In this document: in pieces, positions 8,914 through 18,815 of the stretch
Numbering within the stretch: the first letter of the stretch is position 1
Layout of the letters: each line of letters begins with the position of its first letter
IMG/VR virus record: IMGVR_UViG_3300025127_000025
Coordinates: 3,162-67,161 of that record
Reading direction: 5' to 3' (one strand)
DNA from: a virus
Length of the DNA stretch: 64,000 bases
Program-made: the position numbers and the translations under genes
Notes under the pieces: model-generated
Told to the model about the DNA's origin: nothing
What the model saw: the letters and a program-made list of their open reading frames with translations, nothing else
Databases searched by the model: none

Positions 8914-10329
8914 GTGGTCCTAAGTGAGCAACTACTCAGAAGAGATGAGTCGATTTCCCTCCTCAAGGGTGGAAGAGACCTCATTGTCGCTGGTTACGCC
9001 AGTGTTGAGTTGGTTGACAAGCAGGGCGATATAATCACAAGGGGGGCACTGAAGGACGCATTTTCCAAATTCATGGAAGACCCAAAATACAGGAACGTCC
9101 AACTAGCGCACTCAAATATACAGGTAGGAGAAGTCATTCCAAATTACACGGATAGCGAAGGGAGGTTATGGAAAAGCGAAGTCGACGATGTCGGGATGTT
9201 TGTTGTAGTACAACTCAGAAGTGACATCGAGAAGGCCAAGGAAGTCTCAGCGGAAATACGCAAGGGAAGTCTAAGGGGATTCAGCATCGGAGGCCAAGCA
9301 TTCAAGCGAATGAGGAAATCGGACCCAAAAAGGGGCGACTACCAAGAAATCAGTAAACTTGAACTACACGAAATCACTATTTGTGAAAAAGGAATAAACC
9401 CAGAAGCAACTTTTAGCATACTGAAAGAAGACAAAGGAGACAAAAACATGACAGAAGAAAATGACGACATGATGAAACAGATGAGCGATGTACTCTCTCG
9501 TCTAGAAGGTAGGCTCGACTCCATGGAGAAGGGTGCCATGCCTGAAGGATTGAAAGAGCACATGGAAAGCAAGAAAGAAGGCAAGAAAGAGGACAAGGAC
9601 ATGGACGAGAAGGGCATGCACAAGGGAGCCGATGACAAGAAGGACGACAAAGACAAGATGATGTATGGCGATGACGCCAAGAAATCTGACGTTTACTCGG
9701 ATGTCATTACTTCTGAGTACCTTAACTGGATGGAAGACACCCTGAAGAGCGGTGGAGTGGACATCGACGGTGCAAGAGCGCACTTTGATGACCTCAACAA
9801 AGCAAACTTGGGTTCCACACCAGAGTCCATTGGAGACGGTGCTGACTACTTCGGTGGTCAGGTAAAAGGTCGAGCACAGGAAAGTGGCTCTCCCTCAACT
9901 GGTGCTGTAGGAAAACTAGGCACTGGTGGTGGCGAGAAAGAAGTCAAGAAATCCGACTACCTAAACCCAGCGCTTGTTAGTGAGGCAGACGTAGAGGCCG
10001 CATACGAGGTCTACAAGGCTGCTGCAATGGAGCAAGAGTTCCGAGGAACCCTTGAGAGCCAGTTTGCTTCCCGCTTCGCAAGCGAGCGAGAAGAGGAAAT
10101 CGCAAAAGCCGAGGCCGCAGCATACGATGCACGCGGTCCTCTAGCAGACCTACAGAAATCAATTGAAGCACTGACCGAGAGAATCGAAGCAGGCGCTGTA
10201 CCAGTAGTGGGTGAAACCATTCAGAAGTCAGAAGAGCCAGCAGTCAGCGTACCTTCAACGGATGATTTGGCCAAGATGTCATGGAGTGAAGTCCACAATC
10301 TGGCTAACAGGGCATTCAACCCGGAGTAA
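8914..10329 (+). CDS. HK97-type prohead protease fused to a C-terminal scaffold region
   Basis: IVAGYASVELVDKQGDII...LAHSN.QVG...LRGFSIGG...LELHEITICEKGINPEA is the caudoviral prohead protease signature with His and Ser. It is followed by a charged coiled-coil region and lies directly upstream of the capsid gene. Confidence 0.9.
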   Translation: MVLSEQLLRRDESISLLKGGRDLIVAGYASVELVDKQGDIITRGALKDAFSKFMEDPKYRNVQLAHSNIQVGEVIPNYTDSEGRLWKSEVDDVGMFVVVQLRSDIEKAKEVSAEIRKGSLRGFSIGGQAFKRMRKSDPKRGDYQEISKLELHEITICEKGINPEATFSILKEDKGDKNMTEENDDMMKQMSDVLSRLEGRLDSMEKGAMPEGLKEHMESKKEGKKEDKDMDEKGMHKGADDKKDDKDKMMYGDDAKKSDVYSDVITSEYLNWMEDTLKSGGVDIDGARAHFDDLNKANLGSTPESIGDGADYFGGQVKGRAQESGSPSTGAVGKLGTGGGEKEVKKSDYLNPALVSEADVEAAYEVYKAAAMEQEFRGTLESQFASRFASEREEEIAKAEAAAYDARGPLADLQKSIEALTERIEAGAVPVVGETIQKSEEPAVSVPSTDDLAKMSWSEVHNLANRAFNPE

Positions 10330-10346
10330 ATAAGAGGTGAAAAAAT

Positions 10347-11486
10347 ATGGCAAGAGATTACGTACGAACAATAACTGATATGGAGCGCTATTACTATGGC
10401 GCTGGAAACGCAATGGGTTACTCCTACTCCGGTAGTGAGTTGCTCAAGGCTGACAGTCCTATGCTGTCCACGACTGCTGGTACATACCAAGCAATCTACG
10501 GTCGCAAGGTCTGGTCGCAACTAAACCAAGAGTTCAATGCTTTCAGCATCCTACCCAAGAGACCTTGGGACAGGAGTGGTTGGAGAGTTATCACAGACAA
10601 GCCAAACGCAGGTGTTGTCCACGGTGGTGTTGCAGAGAATGCAATACTACCTGACACTGTGAAGCCTACCTTCCAGCACATCGCTGCAAAGCCAAAGACA
10701 ATCGCACACACGTTCGATATGTCCGAGACGGCTATCTTCCTAGCAGACAGGGACGACGGATTGGGAGACATCCGAGCAGTCCTCAAGGAAGAGATGGGTA
10801 AGCACCACGCAGAGATGGTCAACAAGATGCTCCTAACGGACGTCGACACACCAGCAGCAAACAACTTCGAGTCATTAGACCGAGTTACTGCAAGCCACTC
10901 AGCAATGGGAGGCGGCACAACCCACGTGAGCGCAGACGCAGACATGGACCTATACAGCATCGACAGGTCAGCCAACTCATGGTCTGACGCAGAAGTCAAC
11001 TGTGACAGCGGCGGTACCGACCGAACGCTATCCCTAGACCAACTGGACACATTGTTCCAGCAAATCTGGGAGCGTGGTGGAAACCCCAAGGTCATGCTAA
11101 CTGGATACGACACTCTGATGAGACTACAGCAACTGCTACAGTCCCAGCAGAGATTCATGGAGGAGAAGAGAGTTACACCAACCTACAACGGTGTGAAGGG
11201 TGTTCCCGGTATGGAAGCCGGATTCATCGTCGCAACCTACAACGGTGTACCAATCATCCCAACCAAAGACATGGACGACGACGGAAACCTATCCAAGATT
11301 TACTACCTAGACACAGACTACCTCTACTTTAGCACTGCAATACCAACGCAGTACTTCGAGAGCGGAATTGAGACTGGTGACCCATTCGCAATCAACAGAT
11401 TGGGTCAAGAGGGACTATACCGAACCATGGGTGAGATATGGACCACTTTCTTCGGCGCACAAGGGAGTATTCGTGACCTAAAGTGA
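10347..11486 (+). CDS. major capsid protein (HK97 fold)
   Basis: 379 aa, directly after the protease, strong GAGGTGA SD and highly biased codons. Contains PKTIAHTFDMSE, LSLDQLDTL, VATYNGVPIIP and IYYLDTDYL, typical of halovirus/magrovirus-type MCPs. Confidence 0.9.
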   Translation: MARDYVRTITDMERYYYGAGNAMGYSYSGSELLKADSPMLSTTAGTYQAIYGRKVWSQLNQEFNAFSILPKRPWDRSGWRVITDKPNAGVVHGGVAENAILPDTVKPTFQHIAAKPKTIAHTFDMSETAIFLADRDDGLGDIRAVLKEEMGKHHAEMVNKMLLTDVDTPAANNFESLDRVTASHSAMGGGTTHVSADADMDLYSIDRSANSWSDAEVNCDSGGTDRTLSLDQLDTLFQQIWERGGNPKVMLTGYDTLMRLQQLLQSQQRFMEEKRVTPTYNGVKGVPGMEAGFIVATYNGVPIIPTKDMDDDGNLSKIYYLDTDYLYFSTAIPTQYFESGIETGDPFAINRLGQEGLYRTMGEIWTTFFGAQGSIRDLK

Positions 11487-11520
11487 GGTTGCAGAGGAGA
11501 TAATAAAGAGGTGAAATGAT

Positions 11521-11949
11521 ATGGCAGCAACAACACACAGAGGAATAGTATACACAACAAGCGGCAGCGCAACTACCACGGTCAACCTAGACCTTGGTCT
11601 ATGGGCTGGTAGCGACGAAAGCGAGACATTATGGCTCGATGGACAATCAACCGACGGTTACCCCGGTAACCTTGGTGGCTTCGCAGCATCTAACACACAG
11701 GTAGCAAACAGAAGAAGTCCAAGACTTCTCGCTGTTACGATGAACAGCGCTCTAGCCGAGGGTGAAACACTAACCCTAAGCGGCGAGTGCAGTAAAATCT
11801 TGACAGTGGTAGGACAGCATGCAGACGCAACTGCTAACTTTGCAGTGGTAAAAACCAGCGACCTCGTGCTTACCTTCGACATAGAAGCGACAACTGACGG
11901 TACCACCAACGACACGACTGGAGCAGAACTACTGCTAGTAGTGGTCTGA
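11521..11949 (+). CDS. putative capsid decoration/minor structural protein
   Basis: Thr/Ala-rich beta-type protein immediately after the MCP; GAGGTGA SD. Confidence 0.55.
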   Translation: MAATTHRGIVYTTSGSATTTVNLDLGLWAGSDESETLWLDGQSTDGYPGNLGGFAASNTQVANRRSPRLLAVTMNSALAEGETLTLSGECSKILTVVGQHADATANFAVVKTSDLVLTFDIEATTDGTTNDTTGAELLLVVV

Positions 11950-11960
11950 GGTGGTCTTTC

Positions 11961-12374
11961 GTGCCCCGCATGACCTACAAAGGCCCCTTCTACGAGAGGA
12001 AGAGCCCGGACCCTAAAGTTCCGGCCTTCATTCGTGGGCAAACAAGGGAAGTCAGTCAGGAATGGCTAGACGAGCACCGTAGGAAAATCAGCGACGCAGT
12101 GTTTCTGATTGAGGGAGACGAAGGAATCCAAATCGATTTGGACGGAGACGGATTGCCAGATGAGGGTTGGACTAGAGCCAACATCATCAAATGGCTTGAA
12201 GACAACGGAAGCAGCGTGGGTGGGGGATACAAAACCAAGACCAAACTATTGAGTCTGGTTGACAAGGTCCTTAACCCACCTGCCCCCGTAGTCGTACCGG
12301 AGCCTGTAGTAGAAGAGGCTCCAGTAGAAGAAATCGTCGAAGAACCAGTCGAGGAGACAACACAGGAGGAATAA
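11961..12374 (+). CDS. hypothetical protein with HeH/LEM-like helix pair and acidic tail
   Basis: WTRANIIKWLEDNG...TKTKLLSLV followed by a PVVEE-rich tail; GTG start after GAGGTGG. Confidence 0.55.
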   Translation: MPRMTYKGPFYERKSPDPKVPAFIRGQTREVSQEWLDEHRRKISDAVFLIEGDEGIQIDLDGDGLPDEGWTRANIIKWLEDNGSSVGGGYKTKTKLLSLVDKVLNPPAPVVVPEPVVEEAPVEEIVEEPVEETTQEE

Positions 12375-12378
12375 ATAG

Positions 12379-12660
12379 ATGGCATTTGCAAGTACAATAG
12401 ACACACGACCACACACAATGGGTAACCTGCTAATGGTTACTGGAACCTTTACCAATGGCGGAAGCGATGCTGGAGGCACTATCGACCTATCTGGTCTATT
12501 AGCCGACATAGTAGCATGTAACGCAGTTGCGGGAAGCGGAACTGCTGGAACTGGAGCAGGAGTCGATGGAGTGTTCGCACTCATCAACGGCACCTCACTA
12601 GTCATCCAGAACGTAAACGGGCAAGACGGCACATGGTTCGCTATGGGACACCGCAGTTAA
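12379..12660 (+). CDS. small structural protein
   Basis: Gly/Thr-rich 93-aa ORF with GGAGGA SD, in the head-neck region. Confidence 0.6.
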   Translation: MAFASTIDTRPHTMGNLLMVTGTFTNGGSDAGGTIDLSGLLADIVACNAVAGSGTAGTGAGVDGVFALINGTSLVIQNVNGQDGTWFAMGHRS

Positions 12661-12673
12661 GGCGGTGACCTAA

Positions 12674-12868
12674 ATGGCTAACCTAACACCGAAGTACAAA
12701 GTCGTTGGACCCTTCTCACCGAAGGAGTTCACTGACACGTCCACGCTGTCAACGACCATAGCAACTGCTGTAGGTACGTTGGGCGATGCGTCAAGCACTA
12801 CCAGCCTGATAGCGTCGGACCCGTTTACGGTTTTGGGTAATATCTACATACTGGTGACATACGTTTGA
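12674..12868 (+). CDS. small hypothetical structural protein (64 aa)
   Basis: GGTGA SD; tightly packed with neighbours. Confidence 0.6.
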   Translation: MANLTPKYKVVGPFSPKEFTDTSTLSTTIATAVGTLGDASSTTSLIASDPFTVLGNIYILVTYV

Positions 12869-12883
12869 TGGTGAGGGGTATGA

Positions 12884-13183
12884 ATGGGTTTCGAATTGAG
12901 AGAACTTGATATCGAAGACATATCCAGAGCACAGAAACAAAACGTACGTTCAGACATAAAGTACGACGATGGAGTGGTTGGGGATAACCCCAACCCTCTG
13001 AAGGGTACTGTAAAGAAACAAAACAAGCGCGTCAAAGACGTCGCTGATATACTTAACATAGGTTCTGGTACAAGATGCAAGCACTGTGGTTTCCTTCATT
13101 TCATGTGGAGGGAGACATGTGGTTCTTGTAGCAGACCAATGGAATATAATTTAGCAACTAGAAATGAGGAGGCAAGGCTCTAA
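12884..13183 (+). CDS. Zn-ribbon protein
   Basis: CKHCG...WRETCGSC; TAATG-coupled to the next gene. Confidence 0.7.
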   Translation: MGFELRELDIEDISRAQKQNVRSDIKYDDGVVGDNPNPLKGTVKKQNKRVKDVADILNIGSGTRCKHCGFLHFMWRETCGSCSRPMEYNLATRNEEARL

Positions 13184-14865
13184 TGCCACAGATTTTCAGT
13201 CCGGGTGAACCTGAGACGAGACCTCTTGACCCTGATGCTCTTGTCTACACCACACCACAGAAGGTCGCTGACCTGTTGGAGATAGGCCCTCAAGAAGCAG
13301 TGGCAATGGCAGCAGACGCTGGTACCACAGGGGTTTTCGTTACTGGGACCGATTACCGTAACATCGGATTCGCAGTAGGAGACACGATTCTGATATACAG
13401 TGATGCTGACCCTCTAGGTTTGGAAAGGGTAATTACCACTATAACCTCAAATATAAATGGAGTTAGACTCGGGTTTGCGGATTCAATAACGGATACTGAT
13501 TACCAGACTGCTGATAATCCATTTGTACAGAACAAGGCCTCCTTCACGAACGGTAGTACTAGGGGGATAACATACGACAAGGTGAAGCAACTCATCCTAC
13601 GTGTACAAGACAGGATAGACAACATCACTCACAACTCATGGAGACCCAATCTGGTCTCTGCCGAGTACATCAACTTCGATACCTACAAACCATACAGGCG
13701 ACGATACTATACGGATTACGTAGGTACAGCCCCGCTTCTATTCAGGAACGTACAGCAATTGCTGAGGGTCGAACTATGGCAGGGCGACGATTACAGGGAG
13801 ATAGGTGCTGCTGAGGCTCGTATCAAGTTTGCCAAGAAGACTTCGACGGACTCGACCAGCAGCGGTAGTACGGTGCAGACGACGGGTAAAGTGTTCCTAG
13901 CCAATGGCTCAGGTGTCTTCGCCACACTTGAGTCGATAGCAGTGGGTGACGCAGGTGCTCAGACTCATGACAATGGTAAGTTCAGGCTGGACTTAGACTA
14001 CATGAGCAACGCTCAGACTCTCGCCGACCTCATCAACAAGGAGGACAGAGTGTCCGCCAGCGCTATCGAGTTCGCTGACATAGGGGGCACAGCACTCATC
14101 ATGCCCGGTTCGACCTCGAATGTGGCGGTTCACAATGAGTATCTAGCAACTGCTAATGCCGACTACGGCTCGGGAATAGTGAAGATAACCAGCATGAGGG
14201 ACACCGTCGGTGGTGAGGATTCCTCCATTGCAATAGTCGACAGCCCAACCACCATGTTGGAACTATCCCAGACACACACCAACACAGCGACAACAGCCTC
14301 GTCCACGGGTGATATAAGCGCTGGTAGTATGGATATAACGGTCGATTCCACAGACGGTTTCGCGCCATCCGGCCTTCTCATGGGCTCTTCCGCAGGTGAT
14401 GTCGTGTTCTACGAGGGCAAGACTGACACTGTGTTTACGAACTGCAAGCAAATCGGCGATTTCGGGGGTGGTAGTGCTACCGCTTTGAGCAGCGCAGATG
14501 CCACAGTCACTCAGCATAGATTCGCCATAGACCTACAAGGGGGTAGCGCCAGCGGCGACAAAGGCAGGCTCAGGGACTTCTGGATGGACGCAGAGTTGGG
14601 AATAGTCTACTTCAACAACTCATACCCTTTCTTTGAGTACAATGCAATCAAGGTCGCATACATCTACGGTGAGAGATACGTTGAGAAGGCAATAGAGGAT
14701 ATATCCACTAAGATGGTGGCCATCGAGTTATTATTGAGCGACGACAGAAGCGTGCTCATACCAGAGGGAACACAGAACGTTGACCTCTCTTCTAAGATAC
14801 AACTATACAGACAGGACATCGATAGGACTCTACCTAGATACATAGAGGTGATTTCCTTTGAGTAA
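13183..14865 (+). CDS. head-tail adaptor (neck) protein with large inserted domains
   Basis: Adaptor-like segments YTTPQKVADLL, LILRVQDRIDNIT and IKVAYIYG..KAIEDISTKMVAIELL flank a long Ser/Thr/Gly-rich insert. Confidence 0.6.
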   Translation: MPQIFSPGEPETRPLDPDALVYTTPQKVADLLEIGPQEAVAMAADAGTTGVFVTGTDYRNIGFAVGDTILIYSDADPLGLERVITTITSNINGVRLGFADSITDTDYQTADNPFVQNKASFTNGSTRGITYDKVKQLILRVQDRIDNITHNSWRPNLVSAEYINFDTYKPYRRRYYTDYVGTAPLLFRNVQQLLRVELWQGDDYREIGAAEARIKFAKKTSTDSTSSGSTVQTTGKVFLANGSGVFATLESIAVGDAGAQTHDNGKFRLDLDYMSNAQTLADLINKEDRVSASAIEFADIGGTALIMPGSTSNVAVHNEYLATANADYGSGIVKITSMRDTVGGEDSSIAIVDSPTTMLELSQTHTNTATTASSTGDISAGSMDITVDSTDGFAPSGLLMGSSAGDVVFYEGKTDTVFTNCKQIGDFGGGSATALSSADATVTQHRFAIDLQGGSASGDKGRLRDFWMDAELGIVYFNNSYPFFEYNAIKVAYIYGERYVEKAIEDISTKMVAIELLLSDDRSVLIPEGTQNVDLSSKIQLYRQDIDRTLPRYIEVISFE

Positions 14866-15190
14866 GGAAATGGAAAGGCTTGTCTATGCCGAGTGGAAGA
14901 AGACACTCGATGCTGCACTAAGTAGTGGTGATGCCCAGCAAGAAATACAGAAAGCAGTAACAGAGGGTTCTGACTACAGGGAGGCTGTAGAAAGAACCGA
15001 GAGGGGTCTTGATGGTGATGACTTATCGTTCGAGAACGAGGCCTTATTGCAAGACAGGGTTAATCGAAGAATGATGACTGAATCTCCCATACTAATTGAG
15101 TATAAACTAAGAAACGAGGGGGGTGTCATCCTCCCTGACCACGACGCCTATGACCGACAGAAGAAGAAGAAAGAGTTCATGGAGTTCTAA
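14858..15190 (+). CDS. hypothetical neck-region protein
   Basis: TTG start after GAGGTGA, overlapping the upstream stop. Confidence 0.6.
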   Translation: MSKEMERLVYAEWKKTLDAALSSGDAQQEIQKAVTEGSDYREAVERTERGLDGDDLSFENEALLQDRVNRRMMTESPILIEYKLRNEGGVILPDHDAYDRQKKKKEFMEF

Positions 15191-15192
15191 TC

Positions 15193-15642
15193 ATGGTAGC
15201 GACGTTCAAAGAAGGCATTGATGCTGTGGTTGACGTGCTCAGTGATAACTGGAGCAGGGGTAACACTGACAACTACAAGCCCGTTATTATTGACATAGCC
15301 GAGACCGGACCTGAGAGAGGCAAGCGTCTGGACTTGGATAAGACTGACTTCTTACTCGTCTTTGAAACAGCGCACAACGAGGAGACCCCTGAGTTGCTGT
15401 ATGACTTCGTAACGACTAGAATAAACATCACTGTAGATATGCGAACCATGAGGAGTCGTGTGCATTTTCAAAAGATGGAGAACGAGTTGAGAAGATGCAT
15501 TCATCTAAACAGAAAAGGCGACGGTGTCAACTTTGACAGATTGGTGTACAAAACTCGCACGGATTTGTCAGATAGGAGTAAGAAACTCTTCAGAATGACC
15601 TTCCAGATAGAAGTTGTTATCTTTGCAGAGTTAATCCCATGA
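15193..15642 (+). CDS. putative tail terminator/tail completion protein
   Basis: 149 aa immediately before the tail tube; ends in the alternating beta strand LFRMTFQIEVV. Confidence 0.55.
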   Translation: MVATFKEGIDAVVDVLSDNWSRGNTDNYKPVIIDIAETGPERGKRLDLDKTDFLLVFETAHNEETPELLYDFVTTRINITVDMRTMRSRVHFQKMENELRRCIHLNRKGDGVNFDRLVYKTRTDLSDRSKKLFRMTFQIEVVIFAELIP

Positions 15643-15656
15643 GGTGAGAGGAAGCC

Positions 15657-17738
15657 ATGCCGTCGACAGTTTATCGTGGGGATTTGTCTGAAGTAACGTT
15701 CGGGCACGAGTCTGCAATACGCTTGGAGCACAACTACGCAGGCTCCTTCAAGTTCACTGCCTCCTTCGAAACTGGCGCCAATGCCTCTAACGCACCACAT
15801 CAAGACTTAGTCAAAGATACTAGCGTAATCGTTCTCAGCGGCGGTGTTGCAGATACACCAGTAAACAGCGGTATACTTGAGTTTCCAAACGGCATGTTGG
15901 TCGGTAGCAAAGTCATTTTCTCGATAGCATCTGGGAGTTCCAACTTCTCACAGGACGATGACTACGGCAACAGCGGCAGAATGTTCACAATCATCAAGCA
16001 GGAAGTTGCCAATGACGCTAACAATGACAATGACGGTAAGACTGAGATTACGATAACACCAGCGTTGAAAACTGACCATAGCGCTGCTGACAAGGACTCT
16101 GAGTCGAACGATGTAATGACCATCCTACCATTCGCAACGCCCAACATCGATGTTGACATGGCTCATGCCGATGCTGCTAATGCATCTGCTGAGAGTGTTC
16201 TGACTGACCAATTCGTTGGACTGGTAAGCACAGTTTCCCTTCCTGAGACCAAAGTTGACCTGAAGAGGTATCATGTGGTGGGTCTTGGTCGTGATGTAGC
16301 AGTGCAGGTCCCCGGTAGGTTCACCAATGTGGGAGGCTCATTCGATTGCAACATACACAACGGTAGGTGGTTTTACTACTGCTTAGGACAAGAAGTCGTA
16401 AATGCAGACAATGTGAGGCAACAGGGCCACGCGAGTGATACATATCAACTAGCAGCAGCAACCGAGGCTGGTACGTCATTCATTACCTTCGACAGTAGTG
16501 GTAGCACTAATCCTAGAATACCAGCGGATGGTGGTAGTGGTGCTGACTTGAAGATAGGAGACTACATCTTCATCGATGGTGCTAGTGACACGGTCGATAG
16601 AGTCGATGTGCAGACTTACAGGGACACTGGTGTTGGTGGAGATTTAGCAGCGGATGCATGGCCAGCAGTCAATGCTACCCAGATAATTGACAAAGCAATC
16701 AAGGAAGAGGTCAGAAGGATAGTGGCAATAAGCATGTCCGGTGGTGATGCGAAGGTCTGGTTGGATGACCCTCTTCACTACGCATATGACAATAATGCCA
16801 GAGTTTACTTCGCTAGATACCAGACAGACTCAAGCAATGGTAGTCCACACAGAAACAAAACCACTGGTGCCTTGTCCAATCCCGTCAATCACCTATTTTT
16901 CTCACGCACCACTGTTCCCTCATTTGCGATGGAAGTTAGCGTTAGAAGAAGGGATGCAGACAGCAATGCTGGTACATTTGACGGTGGTACTACGGATTCC
17001 AAGCAGTTAACTCGTGTCTTCAGGGGTTGTAAGGTCAAGGACTTCTCCCTAAACGCTGACACAGACGCTGCGCTACGCATGACTGTGAATTTCGACTCAG
17101 CACTGTGCTATACGGACACAGGTAGGTTGGAGTCGACCAACCCCGGTGACAGGTACAACACACACAGGCTCTTCGAAGACACTGCTAACACTGAGGTGAA
17201 GAGAAAGCAATCAGGCATAGAGAAGGGTACACAGAAGCCATTTATGTTCTACAACGGCAACATAAGTATGTTAGGCACTCAACTAGGACAAGTGGTGTCG
17301 TTCACTCTAAACGGTAAGACCGGAGTTCAGCAGTACTACACGATTGGTGCTGCCAACATAGGTAACGCTGCCACTGACCAAGTCCCATTTGCGGGAACAC
17401 GTAACCCTACCTTGGCGGTTGAGGGTAAGACCGAGTATGACTTGGAGATGGAGATAATCGTAGACGACCCCCTATTCTATCACAACATGCGAAGAGCAGT
17501 TGAGAACTTCGATGATACTGATGAGGCAGCACAGACAGACTCCGACATGATACGCCTCTCATTCAACAAGGTCGTATCCAGTGGGACGGCAGAAAGCATT
17601 GACATACTCATTGATGACTACTACATTGTAGAGGCACCTCTACCGATACCAGAGGACAAAGGACCTCTAAGAGCAAAGTTGAAGATACTACCAAAGGCAA
17701 TAAAGGTCATCGCAACAGATACCATCATCCATGCCTGA
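15657..17738 (+). CDS. major tail tube protein with inserted accessory domains
   Basis: Siphoviral tube-like motifs (KRYHVVGLGR...GRFTNVGGSF, PSFAMEV, FRGCKVKDFSLNA...LRMTVNF, GKTEYDLEMEI). No sheath gene is recognisable. Confidence 0.7.
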   Translation: MPSTVYRGDLSEVTFGHESAIRLEHNYAGSFKFTASFETGANASNAPHQDLVKDTSVIVLSGGVADTPVNSGILEFPNGMLVGSKVIFSIASGSSNFSQDDDYGNSGRMFTIIKQEVANDANNDNDGKTEITITPALKTDHSAADKDSESNDVMTILPFATPNIDVDMAHADAANASAESVLTDQFVGLVSTVSLPETKVDLKRYHVVGLGRDVAVQVPGRFTNVGGSFDCNIHNGRWFYYCLGQEVVNADNVRQQGHASDTYQLAAATEAGTSFITFDSSGSTNPRIPADGGSGADLKIGDYIFIDGASDTVDRVDVQTYRDTGVGGDLAADAWPAVNATQIIDKAIKEEVRRIVAISMSGGDAKVWLDDPLHYAYDNNARVYFARYQTDSSNGSPHRNKTTGALSNPVNHLFFSRTTVPSFAMEVSVRRRDADSNAGTFDGGTTDSKQLTRVFRGCKVKDFSLNADTDAALRMTVNFDSALCYTDTGRLESTNPGDRYNTHRLFEDTANTEVKRKQSGIEKGTQKPFMFYNGNISMLGTQLGQVVSFTLNGKTGVQQYYTIGAANIGNAATDQVPFAGTRNPTLAVEGKTEYDLEMEIIVDDPLFYHNMRRAVENFDDTDEAAQTDSDMIRLSFNKVVSSGTAESIDILIDDYYIVEAPLPIPEDKGPLRAKLKILPKAIKVIATDTIIHA

Positions 17739-17746
17739 GGGATACC

Positions 17747-18496
17747 ATGCTACAGCCAAAACCGGTAAAGAGAGTTCAATACTACAGCAGGCATCCGCAC
17801 AGCAAGTACGTCGATTGGTTGTTAGACATCAACGGGATTACCGTGTACAAACAGGAATGGCACGACGGTCTGCTCAATCAATCTAGCAGAAGTTCGGTCG
17901 ATGACATAGTGATGGAGAGGATAAGGAGTCGCCACATAGAGGAGGTTGTGGACGATACCCCTTCTTGGGTCGATGCTGCCTTCGATGTCCTGAGGGACAA
18001 AGTGTCAGATGTGGCAGAAGCCATAGAGGAGATGTTTGAAGAGGAGTTCATAGAGGAGATTGATGATGGTGTCCAGCCCGAACAAGAGGCAGAGGTTGAG
18101 GATACTGAGGAGAGAGTCGAGGAGATTGAGGAAGAGGAGGAGGAAGCAGAGATTGTGGAGGCTCCTCAAGAGGTTGTCGTTGAAGAGACCGTAATCGATG
18201 ACAAGGACAATCCATTCGGGGGAGAGATAGACTACAACTCATTTACCGTGCGTGAATTACAGGCATTGTGCAAAAAGCGAGGAATAACCATTAGAGGCAC
18301 TAAATCTGAGGTAGTGTTAAGACTCCGACACCATGACGCAGGTATAGTCGACCAACCGACCAAAGGCGAAACTGACGTCCCCTTGCAAGAGGCTACTGAT
18401 GTAACGCCGGATGCCCCCTCGCAAGAGGCTGCAACCGAGGATGTGACACAATATGACGATAGTAGACAAGAATCACCTAATTACGAGGAAGAGTGA
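17747..18496 (+). CDS. acidic SAP-domain protein
   Basis: YNSFTVRELQALCKKRGITIRGTKSEVVLRL matches the SAP consensus; preceded by a Glu-rich linker. Confidence 0.75.
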   Translation: MLQPKPVKRVQYYSRHPHSKYVDWLLDINGITVYKQEWHDGLLNQSSRSSVDDIVMERIRSRHIEEVVDDTPSWVDAAFDVLRDKVSDVAEAIEEMFEEEFIEEIDDGVQPEQEAEVEDTEERVEEIEEEEEEAEIVEAPQEVVVEETVIDDKDNPFGGEIDYNSFTVRELQALCKKRGITIRGTKSEVVLRLRHHDAGIVDQPTKGETDVPLQEATDVTPDAPSQEAATEDVTQYDDSRQESPNYEEE

Positions 18497-18815
18497 ACAA
18501 AGGCACGAAATCAGTGCAGACCGCGATAACCCAGATATGAAGATGGAAGTCTGGGTAAGAGACATTACGTTTTTTGACGTTCAGAAAGCAGCCCAAAGCA
18601 TGTTCTCCATGCAGGGTAATGATGTGTCTTTGAATTTAGATGGATACTGGCGTTACGCATTCTCAGAGTGGGTTGTTAGAACAAACCCCGACTTAACTGT
18701 GGACGACATGATGAACCTGAATGCATATGTCGGTCAGCAGATAGCATCATTACTACCTAAGCCAGATGAGTTGGCGGAGGCAATGCAAGGGGGTTTTACG
18801 AAGGCGAACAGTTGA
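18453..18815 (+). CDS. tail assembly chaperone (lambda gpG-like)
   Basis: Located between tube and tape measure; ends with the slippery sequence G GGT TTT. Confidence 0.75.
   Translation: MTIVDKNHLITRKSEQRHEISADRDNPDMKMEVWVRDITFFDVQKAAQSMFSMQGNDVSLNLDGYWRYAFSEWVVRTNPDLTVDDMMNLNAYVGQQIASLLPKPDELAEAMQGGFTKANS
18791..18797 (+). other. programmed -1 ribosomal frameshift site GGGTTTT
   Basis: X XXY YYZ heptamer in frame (G GGT TTT). The -1 frame reads ...YEGEQLKVRQF... directly into ORF 18812-19087. Confidence 0.8.
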
